Position numbers and translations under genes: made by a program | Part shown: one piece after another, positions 1 to 11,692 of the stretch | Numbering within the stretch: the stretch's first letter is position 1 | How the letters are laid out: every line of letters begins with the position of its first letter | Source: Oscillospiraceae bacterium | Lineage (GTDB): Bacteria > Bacillota > Clostridia > TANB77 > CAG-508 | Direction: 5' to 3' | NCBI GenBank assembly: GCA_009785865.1 | Contig: WQVL01000006.1 | Span: forward strand, 22,031 to 54,030 | DNA length: 32,000 bases | The notes under the pieces: generated by a model | What the model was told of the DNA's origin: nothing | Databases searched by the model: none | What the model saw: only the letters and a program-made list of their open reading frames with translations

Positions 1-752
1 AAATGTTATAACAGAAAATATGACAAGATTTCAAAAATCAGCTCAAGTAATGTCGAATAATATGATGAGTGTTAGATATCAAATATATGAAATAGATGAA
101 CCAATAACTTCAATTTCGTATTCAGAAGAATTTGGATATTATATAGATCCAATAGATGTGAAAAATCTCTTGGCACCATATCTTGAAGGAAAAGATTATG
201 ATCATATTTTTGTAGTTGTGCGATTAGGCGATACAGATATAGATATTGAAATACCAGTCTATGATTGGATAGGGCTAGGGCGGAATGGATTTATATGAAG
301 TAGGTTTTTCGCTTATAAGAATGCCGAATGAAAGATATGATCGCATATATGTTTATGATTCTAGGATTAATCCATTTCCGGAAGCGGTATTTGTACATGA
401 GTTTTTGCATACTCTAGAAAGAATAATGAGAGAACATGGGTACACTGTTCCGGACTTGCATGATTATGAGGAGTATGGATATAGTGTACAAAGGATAGCG
501 GGGGGAGCAAGGAGCTGGTACAGTGATTATATGACTCAAAGCATATTTGACGAGAATGAAGGCCGAAATATTGGACTATACCCTATTGTATATACATTAA
601 GACCTCTTCATTCAAGTGAATTTAGAAGTGTAAGGGAAGTATCATTTGCCACAGAGCCACAAAATATTTTTCAAGATCTTAGAAATATGGCTAATAGAGC
701 AATGAATGTGTTTAGGAATGCGGGAAATGAGCTAGAGCCTGTTGTGCTTTAA
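1..752 (+). CDS. HExxH-motif protein (putative metallopeptidase-like), 5' partial at window edge; needs +1 shift at CGG 281-283
   Basis: ORFs 20..298 and 285..752 join if the C at 281 is skipped (..DWIGLG-G-MDLYEVGF..). There is an HEFLH motif. The frame is open from base 2, so the 5' end is probably outside the window. Confidence 0.55.
281..283 (+). other. in-frame CGG at required +1 frameshift (CGG-A read as Gly)
   Basis: Context cta ggg CGG aat. Frame 20.. ends at tga 5 codons later, and the +1 frame continues as G-MDLYEV (ORF 285..752). Confidence 0.7.
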
Positions 753-823
753 TAGAATGACGGGTAAGTAATAAAGTACTATGATAAAATAATAAAACTT
801 TGACATTGGAGGAAAGTAGAAGT

Positions 824-1897
824 ATGAAAACATCAGATTTTAAATATGATTTACCAGAAGAATTAATAGCGCAACACCCACTAGAAAAGAGAGATGAATC
901 TAGGTTAATGGTGTTAGATAGAAAGAATAGACAAGTAAACCATAAAACATTTAAGAATATAATAGAGTATTTGGAACCAGGAGATTGCTTAGTTATAAAT
1001 AATACAAAGGTAATTCCGGCAAGGTTATATGGGAAAAAAGTTAATGAGAAGAATGATAAAATTGACATAGGAGCCGATGTAGAAATTTTGTTACTTAAAA
1101 ATCTAGGAGATGACATTTGGGAAGCAATAGTGAGACCTGGGAAAAAAGTAAAAGAAGGGACAAAAATAGTTTTTGGAGTTAATGAGGATAATTTAGAGTA
1201 TGCTACTCCATTATTGGAAGCAGAGATCTTAGAAATTTTAGAGAATGGAAATAGAAAGGTTAAATTTACATACAAAGGTATATTTAATGAAATACTAAGT
1301 CAAATTGGTTTAATGCCTTTGCCTCCATATATAACAGAAAGATTAGAAAAACAGGATAGATATCAAACTGTGTATGCAGAGCATGAAGGATCAGCTGCTG
1401 CTCCAACAGCAGGGCTCCATTTTACTGAAGAGCTATTAGAAAATATAAGGGAAAAGGGAATAGAGATAGCTAATGTAACTTTACATGTAGGTATTGGAAC
1501 ATTTAGGCCTGTTAAAGTAGATGATGTTACAAAACATGATATGCATAGTGAACAATTTTACGTAAAAGAAGAAGATGCAGAAAAAATTAACAAAGCAAAA
1601 AAATCAGGACATAAAGTAATAGCATGTGGGACAACATCCTGTAGAACATTAGAAGCGGCAGCAGATGAAAATGGATTTGTGCAAGCAATAGAAGGAGACA
1701 CAGACATCTTTATATATCCAGGATACAAATTCAAATGTACAGATGCTCTTATCACAAACTTCCACTTGCCAGAATCTACATTAATAATGATGGTATCTGC
1801 TCTAGCGGACAGAGAGTTTATATTAGATGCATATAACAAAGCTGTGAAAGAGAAATATAGATTTTTCAGCTTTGGAGATGCAATGTTTATCAATTAA
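824..1897 (+). CDS. queA: S-adenosylmethionine:tRNA ribosyltransferase-isomerase
   Basis: [21 protein letters not shown]-terminus and PLPPYI motif. GGAGG at 808-812 precedes ATG 824; the track start at 800 is an upstream TTG. Confidence 0.92.
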   Translation: MKTSDFKYDLPEELIAQHPLEKRDESRLMVLDRKNRQVNHKTFKNIIEYLEPGDCLVINNTKVIPARLYGKKVNEKNDKIDIGADVEILLLKNLGDDIWEAIVRPGKKVKEGTKIVFGVNEDNLEYATPLLEAEILEILENGNRKVKFTYKGIFNEILSQIGLMPLPPYITERLEKQDRYQTVYAEHEGSAAAPTAGLHFTEELLENIREKGIEIANVTLHVGIGTFRPVKVDDVTKHDMHSEQFYVKEEDAEKINKAKKSGHKVIACGTTSCRTLEAAADENGFVQAIEGDTDIFIYPGYKFKCTDALITNFHLPESTLIMMVSALADREFILDAYNKAVKEKYRFFSFGDAMFIN

Positions 1898-1905
1898 TTC
1901 ATTAA

Positions 1906-3050
<1,145 letters not shown>

Positions 3051-3088
3051 CTAAAGATATAATTATACAGAAGAATAGGGGGGAGCTC

Positions 3089-4337
3089 ATGAACTTATTA
3101 GATGAGCAAGAGCAGAAAAAGAATAATGGCGGAAAACGTATAGTATTAGTATTGCTAATTTTTTCTATACTAGCATTAATAATATTAATTTATTTGATAT
3201 CACTTCTATCGGGACAAGGAACTCAGCAGACAGGTGTTTTTCTTAATGGAGAGCAGATAGAAGTTACAGAGGGATTATTAATAATTAATGATGAGAACAA
3301 TATATTCATTTCACTTCGAGACCTTGTATATCATTTTGATGGGTATTACTATGTTGTAGGAGCACATGGAGCAGATGATGTAGATAGATACAGGAGAACT
3401 ATTCGTACTTCTAATGAAGCTATTGGATTTGAAGATGGATCAAATTTAGTTTCTAAGGTTCCTTTGAATCCTCCTCTTATTGATAATGCGTATTTTGAGA
3501 TTGAATCAGATATATTTATCCGAGATGGAAGAATGTATATAAATGTAGAAGATTTAACAGAAGCATTTAGTATGAGAGTAACAGCTGAAGCGATTCGGAG
3601 ATGGACAGGTAAATATAGCTATAGAAACTAAGGAGCACTTAACTGAGCGTTTTAGCTATATATTAGAAGAAGGAGGCAGATATGTTCTGTCAGAGGATTA
3701 TAACAACATGAAAACAATAGCTAGAGGAATGCTTGTTGTTTCTAGAGGTAATGAGCATGGAGTTATATCTAGTGCAGATTTTAGTTCTCAAATAATACCG
3801 TTAGTATACAATGGTGTAATGTTTGTTGAATATACAGGAGACTTTATTGTTACAACAAATCGTGGCAGGATGGGAGTAATGAACCTGGATGGAGAAATGG
3901 AAATACCAGCGGCATATGATAATATAAGAGTATTAAATCATTTGCCTCTATTATATGAAGTAAGTAATAATAATTTGGTTGGGGTTCTTGGGGAAAATGG
4001 TCAAACCGTAGTTCCTATTATATATGAAGGATTTGGAGGACCACCAGATCGAGGACAAAGAAGGCAGGTATTAATCATACCAAATATGATCGATGATGAT
4101 TATGGAATTGTAGCGGTTAGCGGCAGAAATTTTGGATTTGTTAACTTATCTACAGGAGAAGAAGTGGGAACGTTCATGCTAACCAATGTATACAGCATAC
4201 TTGCAGATGGAGAAAGAAGAATAGAAGTTATATTCCTCTTAGATGGAGAGGAAGTAAGTGAACCTCCAACATTGGGATGGTATTTAGACAATCAAGACAT
4301 ATTATTACTTGTTATGGATGCACCGACAAGAAGATAA
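3089..4337 (+). CDS. membrane-anchored protein with degenerate WG-like repeats; needs +1 shift at CGG 3596
   Basis: N-terminal TM segment (IVLVLLIFSILALIILIYLISLL). ORFs 3089..3631 and 3708..4337 are joined by an open +1 frame 3597..3707 with no stops. Repeats of the G-V-x..G..VP..Y type occur in the C-terminal half. Confidence 0.6.
3596..3598 (+). other. in-frame CGG at required +1 frameshift
   Basis: Context gcg att CGG aga. The +1 frame reads AI-G-DGQVNIAIETKEHL.. and runs uninterrupted into ORF 3708..4337. Confidence 0.7.
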
Positions 4338-4353
4338 TAGAAGAATAGAAAGA

Positions 4354-4396
4354 AAATATCCTAAAACTTAAAAATAGTTTTAGGATATTTTTGTTT
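4354..4396. terminator. bidirectional intrinsic terminator between convergent genes
   Basis: Perfect stem AAATATCCTAAAAC / GTTTTAGGATATTT, with an A-run on one side and a T-run on the other. Confidence 0.6.
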
Positions 4397-4432
4397 GTGC
4401 AAAATTTGCAAGAAAAAAGTTGTTTACTTAAT

Positions 4433-4810
4433 CTAAAAAGATTGATCGCCTGGTATAAAGTAAGCTATTACACCATATATCAATGCACCAATTATTGCGG
4501 CTATCCAAGATATTGAATATCCTACAACAAAATACTGAATAGCATATAGTATTGCCACAGATAGAATAAATCCTACAAAACCTTTACCAAATGGACTAGC
4601 ATCTAAACCAGTGAATTTAACAATAAGATAATCCATAAGTGTTAAGACAACAGCAGCAGTGGCTAGTGCCCAAAAACCGCTTATATGAAATCCTGGAGTA
4701 AAGAATGCTGTTATAGCAAGTATAATTGTTGCAGCTATTAATCTACCTACTATTTGCCAGACAGTGTTTGCACCATTTCTACTACGAGTTTCTACGTGAT
4801 TATCAGCCAT
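4433..4810 (-). CDS. small multi-pass membrane protein (family uncertain)
   Basis: 125-aa ORF with about four hydrophobic segments. GGAGGGA RBS lies just upstream (revcomp of tccctcc at 4818-4824). Confidence 0.6.
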   Translation of the reverse strand: MADNHVETRSRNGANTVWQIVGRLIAATIILAITAFFTPGFHISGFWALATAAVVLTLMDYLIVKFTGLDASPFGKGFVGFILSVAILYAIQYFVVGYSISWIAAIIGALIYGVIAYFIPGDQSF

Positions 4811-4963
4811 CTAATTTCCCTCCTTATATAAATATACATTTTAAACAATATAAATAGTATTTACATAAATATAATAAATATACAAAAATGATTTCGTTTA
4901 TATAAATGCGAAAAAAAGTAGAAAGCATATATTTTTTTAAATAAAAAGTGGCATACTACAAAT

Positions 4964-5645
4964 ATGATAAACACATTTATAAGAGTAGTAATTATATATA
5001 TATTAGTTTTGATTGTTATGCGATTAATGGGCAAAAGAGAAATTCGGACAAATGCAACCTTTTGAACTAGTAATTGCAATAATGATTGCAGATCTTGCAT
5101 CAATACCTATGACAGACACAGGCATTCCAATATCTAGTGGAGTAATTCCAATAATTGCACTATTATTATTGCAACTAATTATATCGAATATGAATTTGAA
5201 GAGTATTTTATGTAGAAAAATCATATGTGGTAAACCATCTATTTTGATATATAGAGGAAAAATTGATTTGAAAAATTTAAGAAAAGAAAAATTTACTATC
5301 AATGAGTTACAAGAAAGGTTAAGAGAAAGGAATGTGGTTAATCTCGGAGATGTAGAGTATGCGATATTAGAAACAAGTGGACAAATAACTGTGATACAAA
5401 AACCAAATAAGAGAGCTACTATACCAGAGGATTTTGATATAATGCCAGAGTATTCAGGGATTCCATATGATCTAGTCGTAGATGGAGAAATAATGCTGGA
5501 CAATCTAAAAGCAATAGGTAGAGACGAAAGGTGGCTAAGTAAAGAGGTGGCTAAGTTTGGATATGAGCCTAAAGATGCGCTCATTGTAACATATGATGGA
5601 GGGAATAACATGTTTTGCCAGAAGAAAGAAACGAATAGAGACTAA
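4964..5645 (+). CDS. DUF421 (YetF-like) membrane protein; N-terminal 27 codons hidden by +1 shift at CGG 5045
   Basis: ATG 4964 gives MINTFIRVVIIYILVLIVMRLMGKREI, then CGG. The +1 frame gives GQMQPFELVIAIMIADLA.. (track ORF 5052..5645). The MGKRExGQ..PF(D/E)LV motif is characteristic of the family. Confidence 0.75.
5045..5047 (+). other. in-frame CGG at required +1 frameshift
   Basis: Context gaa att CGG aca. The zero frame stops after 6 codons. The +1 frame restores GKREI-G-QMQPF. Confidence 0.8.
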
Positions 5646-5666
5646 ATTAGTGAGGAGAAGTAGCGA

Positions 5667-6092
5667 GTGAGAAAAGATATTATTATAATAATAACTGTTG
5701 TAATGGTGATATTTGGCGGAGGGATTTATACAAAAACATACTTGCAAACAAGTGGTGATAAAATAATTGAAGAGCTAAGGGAGTTGGAAGGTGAGATAGA
5801 GAGGATAAGAGAGGAGAGCAATGCTTTTGAAAATTATGATATGGAATTGGAAAAAAAGAGACTAAAAGATATGTCAAATAGGATATATGATGAATGGAAA
5901 GAGATGATGGAAAGATGGTCTGTTATAGTTTTGCATACTGAAATAGATATGATAGGAGTATCCTTAATTTCTATGAAGTCAAATATAAGAACAGGGAATT
6001 ATGATAGAGCACTAGAAGAAATAGCAAGGTCTATATTTTTGATAGAAGATATTGTAGAGAAGGAGAGAGTTGCACTGCGAAATATATTGTAG
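5667..6092 (+). CDS. DUF4363-like small membrane-anchored protein
   Basis: GTG start after a GGAGAAG RBS, N-terminal TM segment, W..W..H.EID pattern. It sits directly downstream of a DUF421 gene, as is commonly seen in Firmicutes. Confidence 0.5.
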   Translation: MRKDIIIIITVVMVIFGGGIYTKTYLQTSGDKIIEELRELEGEIERIREESNAFENYDMELEKKRLKDMSNRIYDEWKEMMERWSVIVLHTEIDMIGVSLISMKSNIRTGNYDRALEEIARSIFLIEDIVEKERVALRNIL

Positions 6093-6102
6093 AGAATGTG
6101 AT

Positions 6103-6141
6103 ATAAAAAGGACACCCGTACTTTATCAGTTTAAGGGTGTC
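6103..6141 (-). terminator. intrinsic terminator downstream of dapB
   Basis: Stem GACACCC / GGGTGTC (6111-6141), followed by a T-run on the minus strand. Confidence 0.45.
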
Positions 6142-6170
6142 TTAATCAAAGATTATTGACGAGAATATTC

Positions 6171-6917
6171 CTATATTAAGTTATTCATACCATATAATCC
6201 GTTCTTTTGGTTAATCATAAACTCAGCGGCTTTTAATGCTCCGTCTGCAAATATACTTCTTGAGTCTACTGAGTGAGTTATTTCTAAAGTTTCATTTTGG
6301 CCATAGAATGCTACAGTATGTTTTCCAACAACAGTACCACCACGGATTGAATGTATTCCAATTTCTTTTTTGCTTCTTTTTTCTCTTTTTGATTCTCTAT
6401 TATATTCATAATGCATTTCATTGTCTAAAGCAGCATTTATGCTATCTGCGAAAATTAAAGCAGTACCACTTGGGCTGTCCACTTTTCCTGCATGATGAGT
6501 ATCTACTATTTCAATATCAGAATCTTTAAGTAAAACAGCAAGTTTTGCTACTAAATCTGCCATGACGTTAACCTCATAAGACATATTGCTTGCTCTAAAG
6601 ATAGGAATTCTTGAAGAATATTCTTTTATAGTATTTAAGTCTTCATCTGAGAAGCCAGTTGTTGCAATAACTACAGGGATGCTATTAGCTTCAGCAAACT
6701 TTAATATGTTAAGTGAAGCGGTAGGTGTAGAAAAGTCTACTATTACATCAACATCTTCTTTTATGTTATTATAATCAGCATAGACTGGGAAAGAATTAGT
6801 TATAGAATCATTTTGGTCAACACCACAAACTACTGAAAAGTTATCTTTAGTTTGTGCTTGGTTTAAAACCACTTGTCCCATTCTACCATTTACTCCATTT
6901 ATTAGTACTTTTATCAT
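6171..6917 (-). CDS. dapB: 4-hydroxy-tetrahydrodipicolinate reductase
   Basis: MIKVLINGVNGRMGQ N-terminus and HHAGKVDSPSGTA motif. ATG at 6917 is preferred over the upstream GTG at 6926. Confidence 0.9.
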   Translation of the reverse strand: MIKVLINGVNGRMGQVVLNQAQTKDNFSVVCGVDQNDSITNSFPVYADYNNIKEDVDVIVDFSTPTASLNILKFAEANSIPVVIATTGFSDEDLNTIKEYSSRIPIFRASNMSYEVNVMADLVAKLAVLLKDSDIEIVDTHHAGKVDSPSGTALIFADSINAALDNEMHYEYNRESKREKRSKKEIGIHSIRGGTVVGKHTVAFYGQNETLEITHSVDSRSIFADGALKAAEFMINQKNGLYGMNNLI

Positions 6918-6961
6918 TAAAAACACATCCTTTTACTATATTACTTAATTTATAGAAATTA

Positions 6962-7850
6962 TTATCCTAAAAGTCCATAGTCTGTCATAGCTTGCTTTAA
7001 TTTTTCTTTTCCAGCAGCCGTCATTTCTACTAATGGTAATCTCGGAGTACCACAGTTAAACCCAAGCATATTACATGCTTCTTTTACTGGAATAGGGTTT
7101 ACTTCACAGAATATTGCTGAACTTAGATTTATAGTATCTAATTGCAATTTTGTTGCTTTTTGGATATCTCCTTCTAGGAAACTGTGAACCATAGTATGCA
7201 CATCATTAGGTATGATGTTACCTATAACGGAAATTACTCCCTTACCGCCTAAAGATAATAGAGGTACGATTTGGTCATCATTACCTGAATATATAGTTAG
7301 ATTTTCTCTACAAAGTGATGCGATTTCAGCTATTTGAGATATATCACTGCTTGCTTCTTTTACAGCAACAATATTTTCTGTTTTTGATAATGCTAGACAA
7401 GTAGCAGGAGCCATATTCATACCAGTTCTGCTAGGTACATTATATAATATTATTGGTAAAGTAGTTTCTTTCGCGATAGTTTCGAAATGTGTAACTAAAC
7501 CGGCTTGTGTAGTTTTATTGTAATATGGAGTAACAAGCATTAATGCGTCGACACCTACAGATTCTGCATATTTAGAAAGTTCTATAGAAGATCTAGTACA
7601 ATTTCCACCAGTACCTGCAACAACTGGAACTCTCTTGTTTACAACTTCTACTGCAAACTTAATAGCCTGCTTTTTCTCTTCATCAGTCATAGTAGAAGCT
7701 TCACCAGTAGTTCCGCAAACTATAATAGCATCTACATTTCCTTTAATTTGAAATTCTAATAATTTTCCGAATTCCTCAAAGTTTACACCTGTTTCTGTAA
7801 ATGGGGTAATTATTGCCGTTCCACAGCCCTTAAATACTAATTTTTTCATT
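6962..7850 (-). CDS. dapA: 4-hydroxy-tetrahydrodipicolinate synthase
   Basis: [20 protein letters not shown] and AVKEAS motifs. GGAGG (7858-7862) sits 7 nt before ATG 7850. The longer track ORF is an upstream in-frame extension. Confidence 0.92.
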
Positions 7851-7886
7851 TTCATTCCTCCTAAATTTTTATTATATTTTTTTATA

Positions 7887-8882
7887 TTAATTGTGGTTTT
7901 CAAGTAATTTTTCAAGAATTTGTACAGCATTGGTTGCGGCACCTTTTCTTAGATTATCAGACACGACCCACAAATTAATTCCATATGGTATACTTTCATC
8001 ACGTCTAATTCTTCCGACATATGTTTCGTCTTTGCCGTTTACACTAAAGGCTGTTGGATATACATTATTAGAAATATCATCATGAACAACAACATTTGGT
8101 GAGTTTTCTAATAATTTTCTGATATCATCTATTTCAAAATCATTCTCAAATTCAATATTAATAGATTCACTATGGCAATTGAAAACAGGAACCCTTACAG
8201 TTGTTGCTGTAACTTTTAAGTCAGGCCTTTTCAGTATTTTTCTTGTTTCATTAATTGTTTTCATTTCTTCTTTAGTATATCCAGTATCTAAAAAGCTGTC
8301 AATATGAGGGATACAATTGCTATAGATAGGGACGCTAAAGTTTTTAGGTGCAATTTCCTTTTCTCCATTCTTTAAATCCTCTACAGCTGAAACCCCTGCT
8401 CCTGATACTGCTTGATAAGTAGAGTATATAACTCTTTTGATCTTATATTTATCGTCTAAAGGTTTGAGAACGACAACGGCAGGTATTGTAGTACAATTTG
8501 GTGTCGCGATTAATCCCTTATGGTTTAGGACTTCTTCGGGGTTTACTTCAGGAACAACTAAAGGTACATCTTTGTCCATTCTAAAAAGACTACTTTTGTC
8601 GATTATAACAGAGCCGTTTTCTTTGAAGATAGGGATGTATTCCTTGCTTATGTCAGAACCAGCAGCGAATAAAGCAAAATCAATTGATGGATCAATATTG
8701 TCTTTTGAAAGTTCTCGTATAGTGTGCTCTTTGCCCATAAAGGTCACTTTTTTTCCAGCGGATCTAGAGGAAGCATAAAATACATATTCAGAAATAGGTA
8801 ATTTTCGTTCTTCTAACACTTCTAGCGTTTGGTTACCAACCATACCGGTTGCGCCCACAACAGCTAACTTAAAATTTTTCAT
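7887..8882 (-). CDS. asd: aspartate-semialdehyde dehydrogenase
   Basis: [12 protein letters not shown], the PNCTTI active-site region, and a length of about 331 aa. Confidence 0.92.
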   Translation of the reverse strand: MKNFKLAVVGATGMVGNQTLEVLEERKLPISEYVFYASSRSAGKKVTFMGKEHTIRELSKDNIDPSIDFALFAAGSDISKEYIPIFKENGSVIIDKSSLFRMDKDVPLVVPEVNPEEVLNHKGLIATPNCTTIPAVVVLKPLDDKYKIKRVIYSTYQAVSGAGVSAVEDLKNGEKEIAPKNFSVPIYSNCIPHIDSFLDTGYTKEEMKTINETRKILKRPDLKVTATTVRVPVFNCHSESINIEFENDFEIDDIRKLLENSPNVVVHDDISNNVYPTAFSVNGKDETYVGRIRRDESIPYGINLWVVSDNLRKGAATNAVQILEKLLENHN

Positions 8883-8983
8883 ATACATCTCTCCTTAGAT
8901 TATTCCTTCTATTGTATGCTAAATTCGGTAAAAAAGAAATAGCTCAGATAGAAGAATTGTAGCAAATAACTTTTACCAGCTAA

Positions 8984-9604
8984 TTAATATGCATTACTAA
9001 AGTTGTTATAATATTTTTCTATATATGTTGGGAAGGCGGTGAACCAGTTGTCAAAATCATTATAATCTTTTTCAAAATAATATAGACTATAGTTGTCCTT
9101 TGTTTTTCCCATTAGTTTTAAACTTAGAAATTTTTCTAAAAAATTTTGGCCATCTGTTGTCTGACCTTCGGCACACATATTGATAAATTTAATGTCTTTG
9201 CTTTCTAAATATTTAATTTTTTCATATAGTCCTTTTAGTAGACAGTATAAAATCATTTTATTTTCACGATATTGTTTTTTTATGGTAATACAAGAGAATA
9301 GTAAATGATATTCACAATGATTTATATATGTTATTATATTATCTTCATTAATTTCAGTATCTTTTAGGTCTCCATTGATGAAGTTCTTGTATTGTTCCTT
9401 ACTAAGAGGGATTACACTAATTTGTCCAACAACTTCGTCATTAACTATGCTCTTGACAACTATCTCTGTATCTGGGTTTACCAAATGCCATTTATATACT
9501 TGAGAACTAGTAACAACTGTGTCTATGTCGAAATAGCTTTTTTCAATTTCCTCAATTTCTTTAAAGTCTTCAAATGTTAAATTATTATCTATTCTGAAAT
9601 TCAT
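8984..9604 (-). CDS. hypothetical protein, weakly GNAT-acyltransferase-like; first gene after the lysine riboswitch
   Basis: 206-aa ORF with a GGAGGAA RBS (revcomp of 9609-9616). The architecture loosely resembles an acetyltransferase fold but lacks a clear Q/RxxGxG/A motif. Confidence 0.5.
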   Translation of the reverse strand: MNFRIDNNLTFEDFKEIEEIEKSYFDIDTVVTSSQVYKWHLVNPDTEIVVKSIVNDEVVGQISVIPLSKEQYKNFINGDLKDTEINEDNIITYINHCEYHLLFSCITIKKQYRENKMILYCLLKGLYEKIKYLESKDIKFINMCAEGQTTDGQNFLEKFLSLKLMGKTKDNYSLYYFEKDYNDFDNWFTAFPTYIEKYYNNFSNAY

Positions 9605-9650
9605 TTATTCCTCCTTATATATTGATTATGAGATTTGTGTTTTTAAAAAT

Positions 9651-9856
9651 AAAAAAAGAGTTTCTGCCACAGCAAAACTCGTTTTTTGAGTATTTCCTGA
9701 TAGCTCCGTTTAATTAAAACGAGAATTAATAATATTCTTATTAGTTCCATAAAACAACTATGCCTAATTGTTTTATTCGGCAATGGTTACCTTTCGTATG
9801 CTTCAAAGCTTGCTGGCTCCACATAGTACTCTGATACACTGCTACCTCTATCTTAT
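9651..9856 (-). promoter_or_regulatory. lysine riboswitch (L-box) with intrinsic terminator expression platform
   Basis: The minus strand reads AGATAGAGGTAGC..AGAGTA..GGAGCC..GAAAGG..TTGCCGAA..GGAGCTATCAGGAAA, matching the conserved L-box blocks of B. subtilis lysC. It is followed by the stem GAGTTTTGCTGTGGCAGAAACTC plus T7 (9651-9680). Confidence 0.8.
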
Positions 9857-9867
9857 ATATTTTAACG

Positions 9868-9896
9868 ATATTAACATACATAATACCTTTTGTCAA
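9868..9896 (-). promoter_or_regulatory. sigma-A-type promoter for the L-box operon
   Basis: On the minus strand: TTGACA (9896-9891), 17-nt spacer, TAATAT (9873-9868), just upstream of the riboswitch 5' end. Confidence 0.5.
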
Positions 9897-10026
9897 CTGT
9901 CAACAAAGGAATAAAAATATGTAGATTTACAACCATTTGAAAAAATTGATCAAAAAAACATTAAAGGGTATTCAAAAGCAAATAAATTAGGTATAATAGG
10001 GTTTATCAAAGAAAAGGTGGTATATT

Positions 10027-11136
10027 ATGAAAAAATATTTGTTTACATCAGAATCAGTAACAGAAGGGCATCCAGACAAAGTTTGTGATTTGATTTCGGA
10101 TGCAGTATTAGATGAATGTTTGAAGCAAGATAAGGATTCTAGAGTTGCAGTAGAAACATTTGCATCGAAAAACAAAATAACGGTTGCAGGACAAGTTACA
10201 ACAAAAGGTACGGTTAATGTGGAAAAGGTAGTTAGAGATACTTTAAAAGCTATTGGGTATGATAATGAAGCTACTGATATAGATTATATGACTTGTCAGA
10301 TAGAAGTAAATATTGTAGAACAAAGTCCAGATATAGCAATGGGAGTAGATACAGGAGGAGCAGGAGATCAAGGTATGATGTTTGGTTATGCTTGTGATGA
10401 GACTGAAGAATATATGCCGTTTGCTGCAATGATGTCACACAAATTAGCTAAGAGATTAACGGAGATAAGAAAAGATGGAATAGTTAACTACTTAAGACCA
10501 GATGGAAAAACGCAAGTAACAGTGGAATATGAAGGAAATGTTCCAAAAAGAATAGATACAATTGTTATATCGAACCAACACTTAGCGGATGCCTCATTAG
10601 AAACAATGAAAAGTGATATTATAAATCATGTAATAAAAACAGTTGTGCCAGAAGAGTATATAGATGAAAATACAAAAATATATATAAACCCTACGGGAAG
10701 ATTTGTAATTGGTGGACCTTTAGGGGATACAGGACTTACTGGCAGAAAGATAATTGTAGATACTTATGGAGGATCTGCTCCACATGGAGGAGGAGCTTTT
10801 TCAGGAAAAGATGCAAGCAAGGTAGATAGAAGTGCCGCATATATGGTAAGACATATTGCTAAAAATATAGTTGCGAATAAGCTAGCAAAAAAGTGTCAGA
10901 TAGAAATAGCATATGCAATAGGTGTAGATAAACCAGTATCCTTATGTGTAGATACTTTTGGTACAAATACAATTCCGGAGGAAGAGATAATAAGGAGAGT
11001 AGAAGAAAAATTTGATTTAACACCTAGAGGTATTATTAAACATTTAAACTTGAAAGAACCGATTTATACAAAGACAACAAACTATGGACATTTTGGCAAA
11101 GAAGGAATGTCTTGGGAAGAAGTTGTCGAACTATAG
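10027..11136 (+). CDS. metK: S-adenosylmethionine synthetase
   Basis: [25 protein letters not shown] and GGGAFSGKD motifs, with an AAGGTGG RBS. Confidence 0.95.
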   Translation: MKKYLFTSESVTEGHPDKVCDLISDAVLDECLKQDKDSRVAVETFASKNKITVAGQVTTKGTVNVEKVVRDTLKAIGYDNEATDIDYMTCQIEVNIVEQSPDIAMGVDTGGAGDQGMMFGYACDETEEYMPFAAMMSHKLAKRLTEIRKDGIVNYLRPDGKTQVTVEYEGNVPKRIDTIVISNQHLADASLETMKSDIINHVIKTVVPEEYIDENTKIYINPTGRFVIGGPLGDTGLTGRKIIVDTYGGSAPHGGGAFSGKDASKVDRSAAYMVRHIAKNIVANKLAKKCQIEIAYAIGVDKPVSLCVDTFGTNTIPEEEIIRRVEEKFDLTPRGIIKHLNLKEPIYTKTTNYGHFGKEGMSWEEVVEL

Positions 11137-11194
11137 AAGTTGCACAAACATCATGAATGAAAAATCCCACTAAATAAACAAGAAATGTCGAAAA

Positions 11195-11221
11195 ATGTCG
11201 AAATGTTTTCGGCATTTTTTT
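11195..11221 (+). terminator. intrinsic terminator after metK
   Basis: Stem ATGTCGAAA / TTTCGGCAT (one G-U pair), followed by T6. Confidence 0.6.
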
Positions 11222-11320
11222 GTCAAAAGAGTTGACATCTCCAAAACGCATGTTGTAAAATTGACAAAACAACAAAGCGACACTTAATGACAAAATGCAA
11301 TGGGAGGAGGTGAAAAGAAT

Positions 11321-11692
11321 ATGGAAGAAAAGATAATGAATAAACTAGAGCAAATGGAACAAAGGATAGACAACATGGACAAGAAGATGGACAGCAAGTT
11401 TGAGAAAGTTTATGAAAGAATGGACAACATGGACAAGAGGATAGACAACATGGACAAGAGGATAGACAACTTAGACAAGAAGATAGATGATAAAATCGAA
11501 GAAGTGAAAACTGAAATAGTGAATACAAAAGTAGAACTTAAAGGAGATATAGCAAATGTGAGCAAAGGAATGCGTAGTCGATTTGGAGGAATGGCGAGTG
11601 TATTAGCAGACTATGATAAAGTATGTGAAGAAGGAGAATGTTATGGAAGAGACGATATTGGAAAATGTACTGATAATGAAAAGCACAATTGA
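11321..11692 (+). CDS. coiled-coil protein with heptad MDK(R/K)IDN repeats
   Basis: GGAGGAGG RBS, then ATG 11321. The protein reads MEEKIMNKLEQMEQRIDNMDKKMD..RMDNMDKRIDNMDKRIDNLDKKIDDKIEE. The C-terminal half is non-repetitive and uncertain. Confidence 0.5.
   Translation: MEEKIMNKLEQMEQRIDNMDKKMDSKFEKVYERMDNMDKRIDNMDKRIDNLDKKIDDKIEEVKTEIVNTKVELKGDIANVSKGMRSRFGGMASVLADYDKVCEEGECYGRDDIGKCTDNEKHN
11429..11491 (+). repeat. 21-bp tandem repeat (coding heptads), degenerate copies back to about 11375
   Basis: atggacaagaggatagacaac occurs twice perfectly (11429-11470), followed by ttagacaagaagatagatgat. A related copy, atggacaagaagatggacagc, lies at 11375. Confidence 0.8.

Noticed and set aside
712-1275. 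Long antisense ORFs in the track: this one, plus 1558..1893, 1823..2122, 5024..5611, 13160..13465, 16395..16757, 17238..17555, 17826..18347, 20565..20903, 22094..22438, 22877..23347 and 27886..28368.
   Set aside because: Each lies wholly opposite a well-supported conserved gene. They have low-complexity Ser/Leu/Phe-rich translations and no RBS. They are shadow ORFs typical of AT-rich coding DNA.
7851-7942. The apparent 56-nt overlap of dapA (track start 7942) with asd.
   Set aside because: The extension has no RBS. A GGAGG-ATG pair at 7862/7850 gives a canonical 296-aa DapA beginning MKKLVFKG.
9900-10026. An expected SAM (S-box) riboswitch upstream of metK.
   Set aside because: The 420-nt gap does contain a structured element, but its conserved blocks read correctly only on the minus strand as a lysine riboswitch for the divergent operon. 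The last 120 nt before metK show no S-box motifs.
11375-11491. The tandem 21-bp repeats as a CRISPR array or non-coding VNTR.
   Set aside because: The units are contiguous with no spacers and in frame, encoding heptads inside an ORF with a strong RBS.
11223-11528. A Cys/Ser-rich 101-aa antisense ORF (CLSSCPCC repeats).
   Set aside because: It is the reverse-complement reading of the 21-bp coding repeats. It has no independent start signals.
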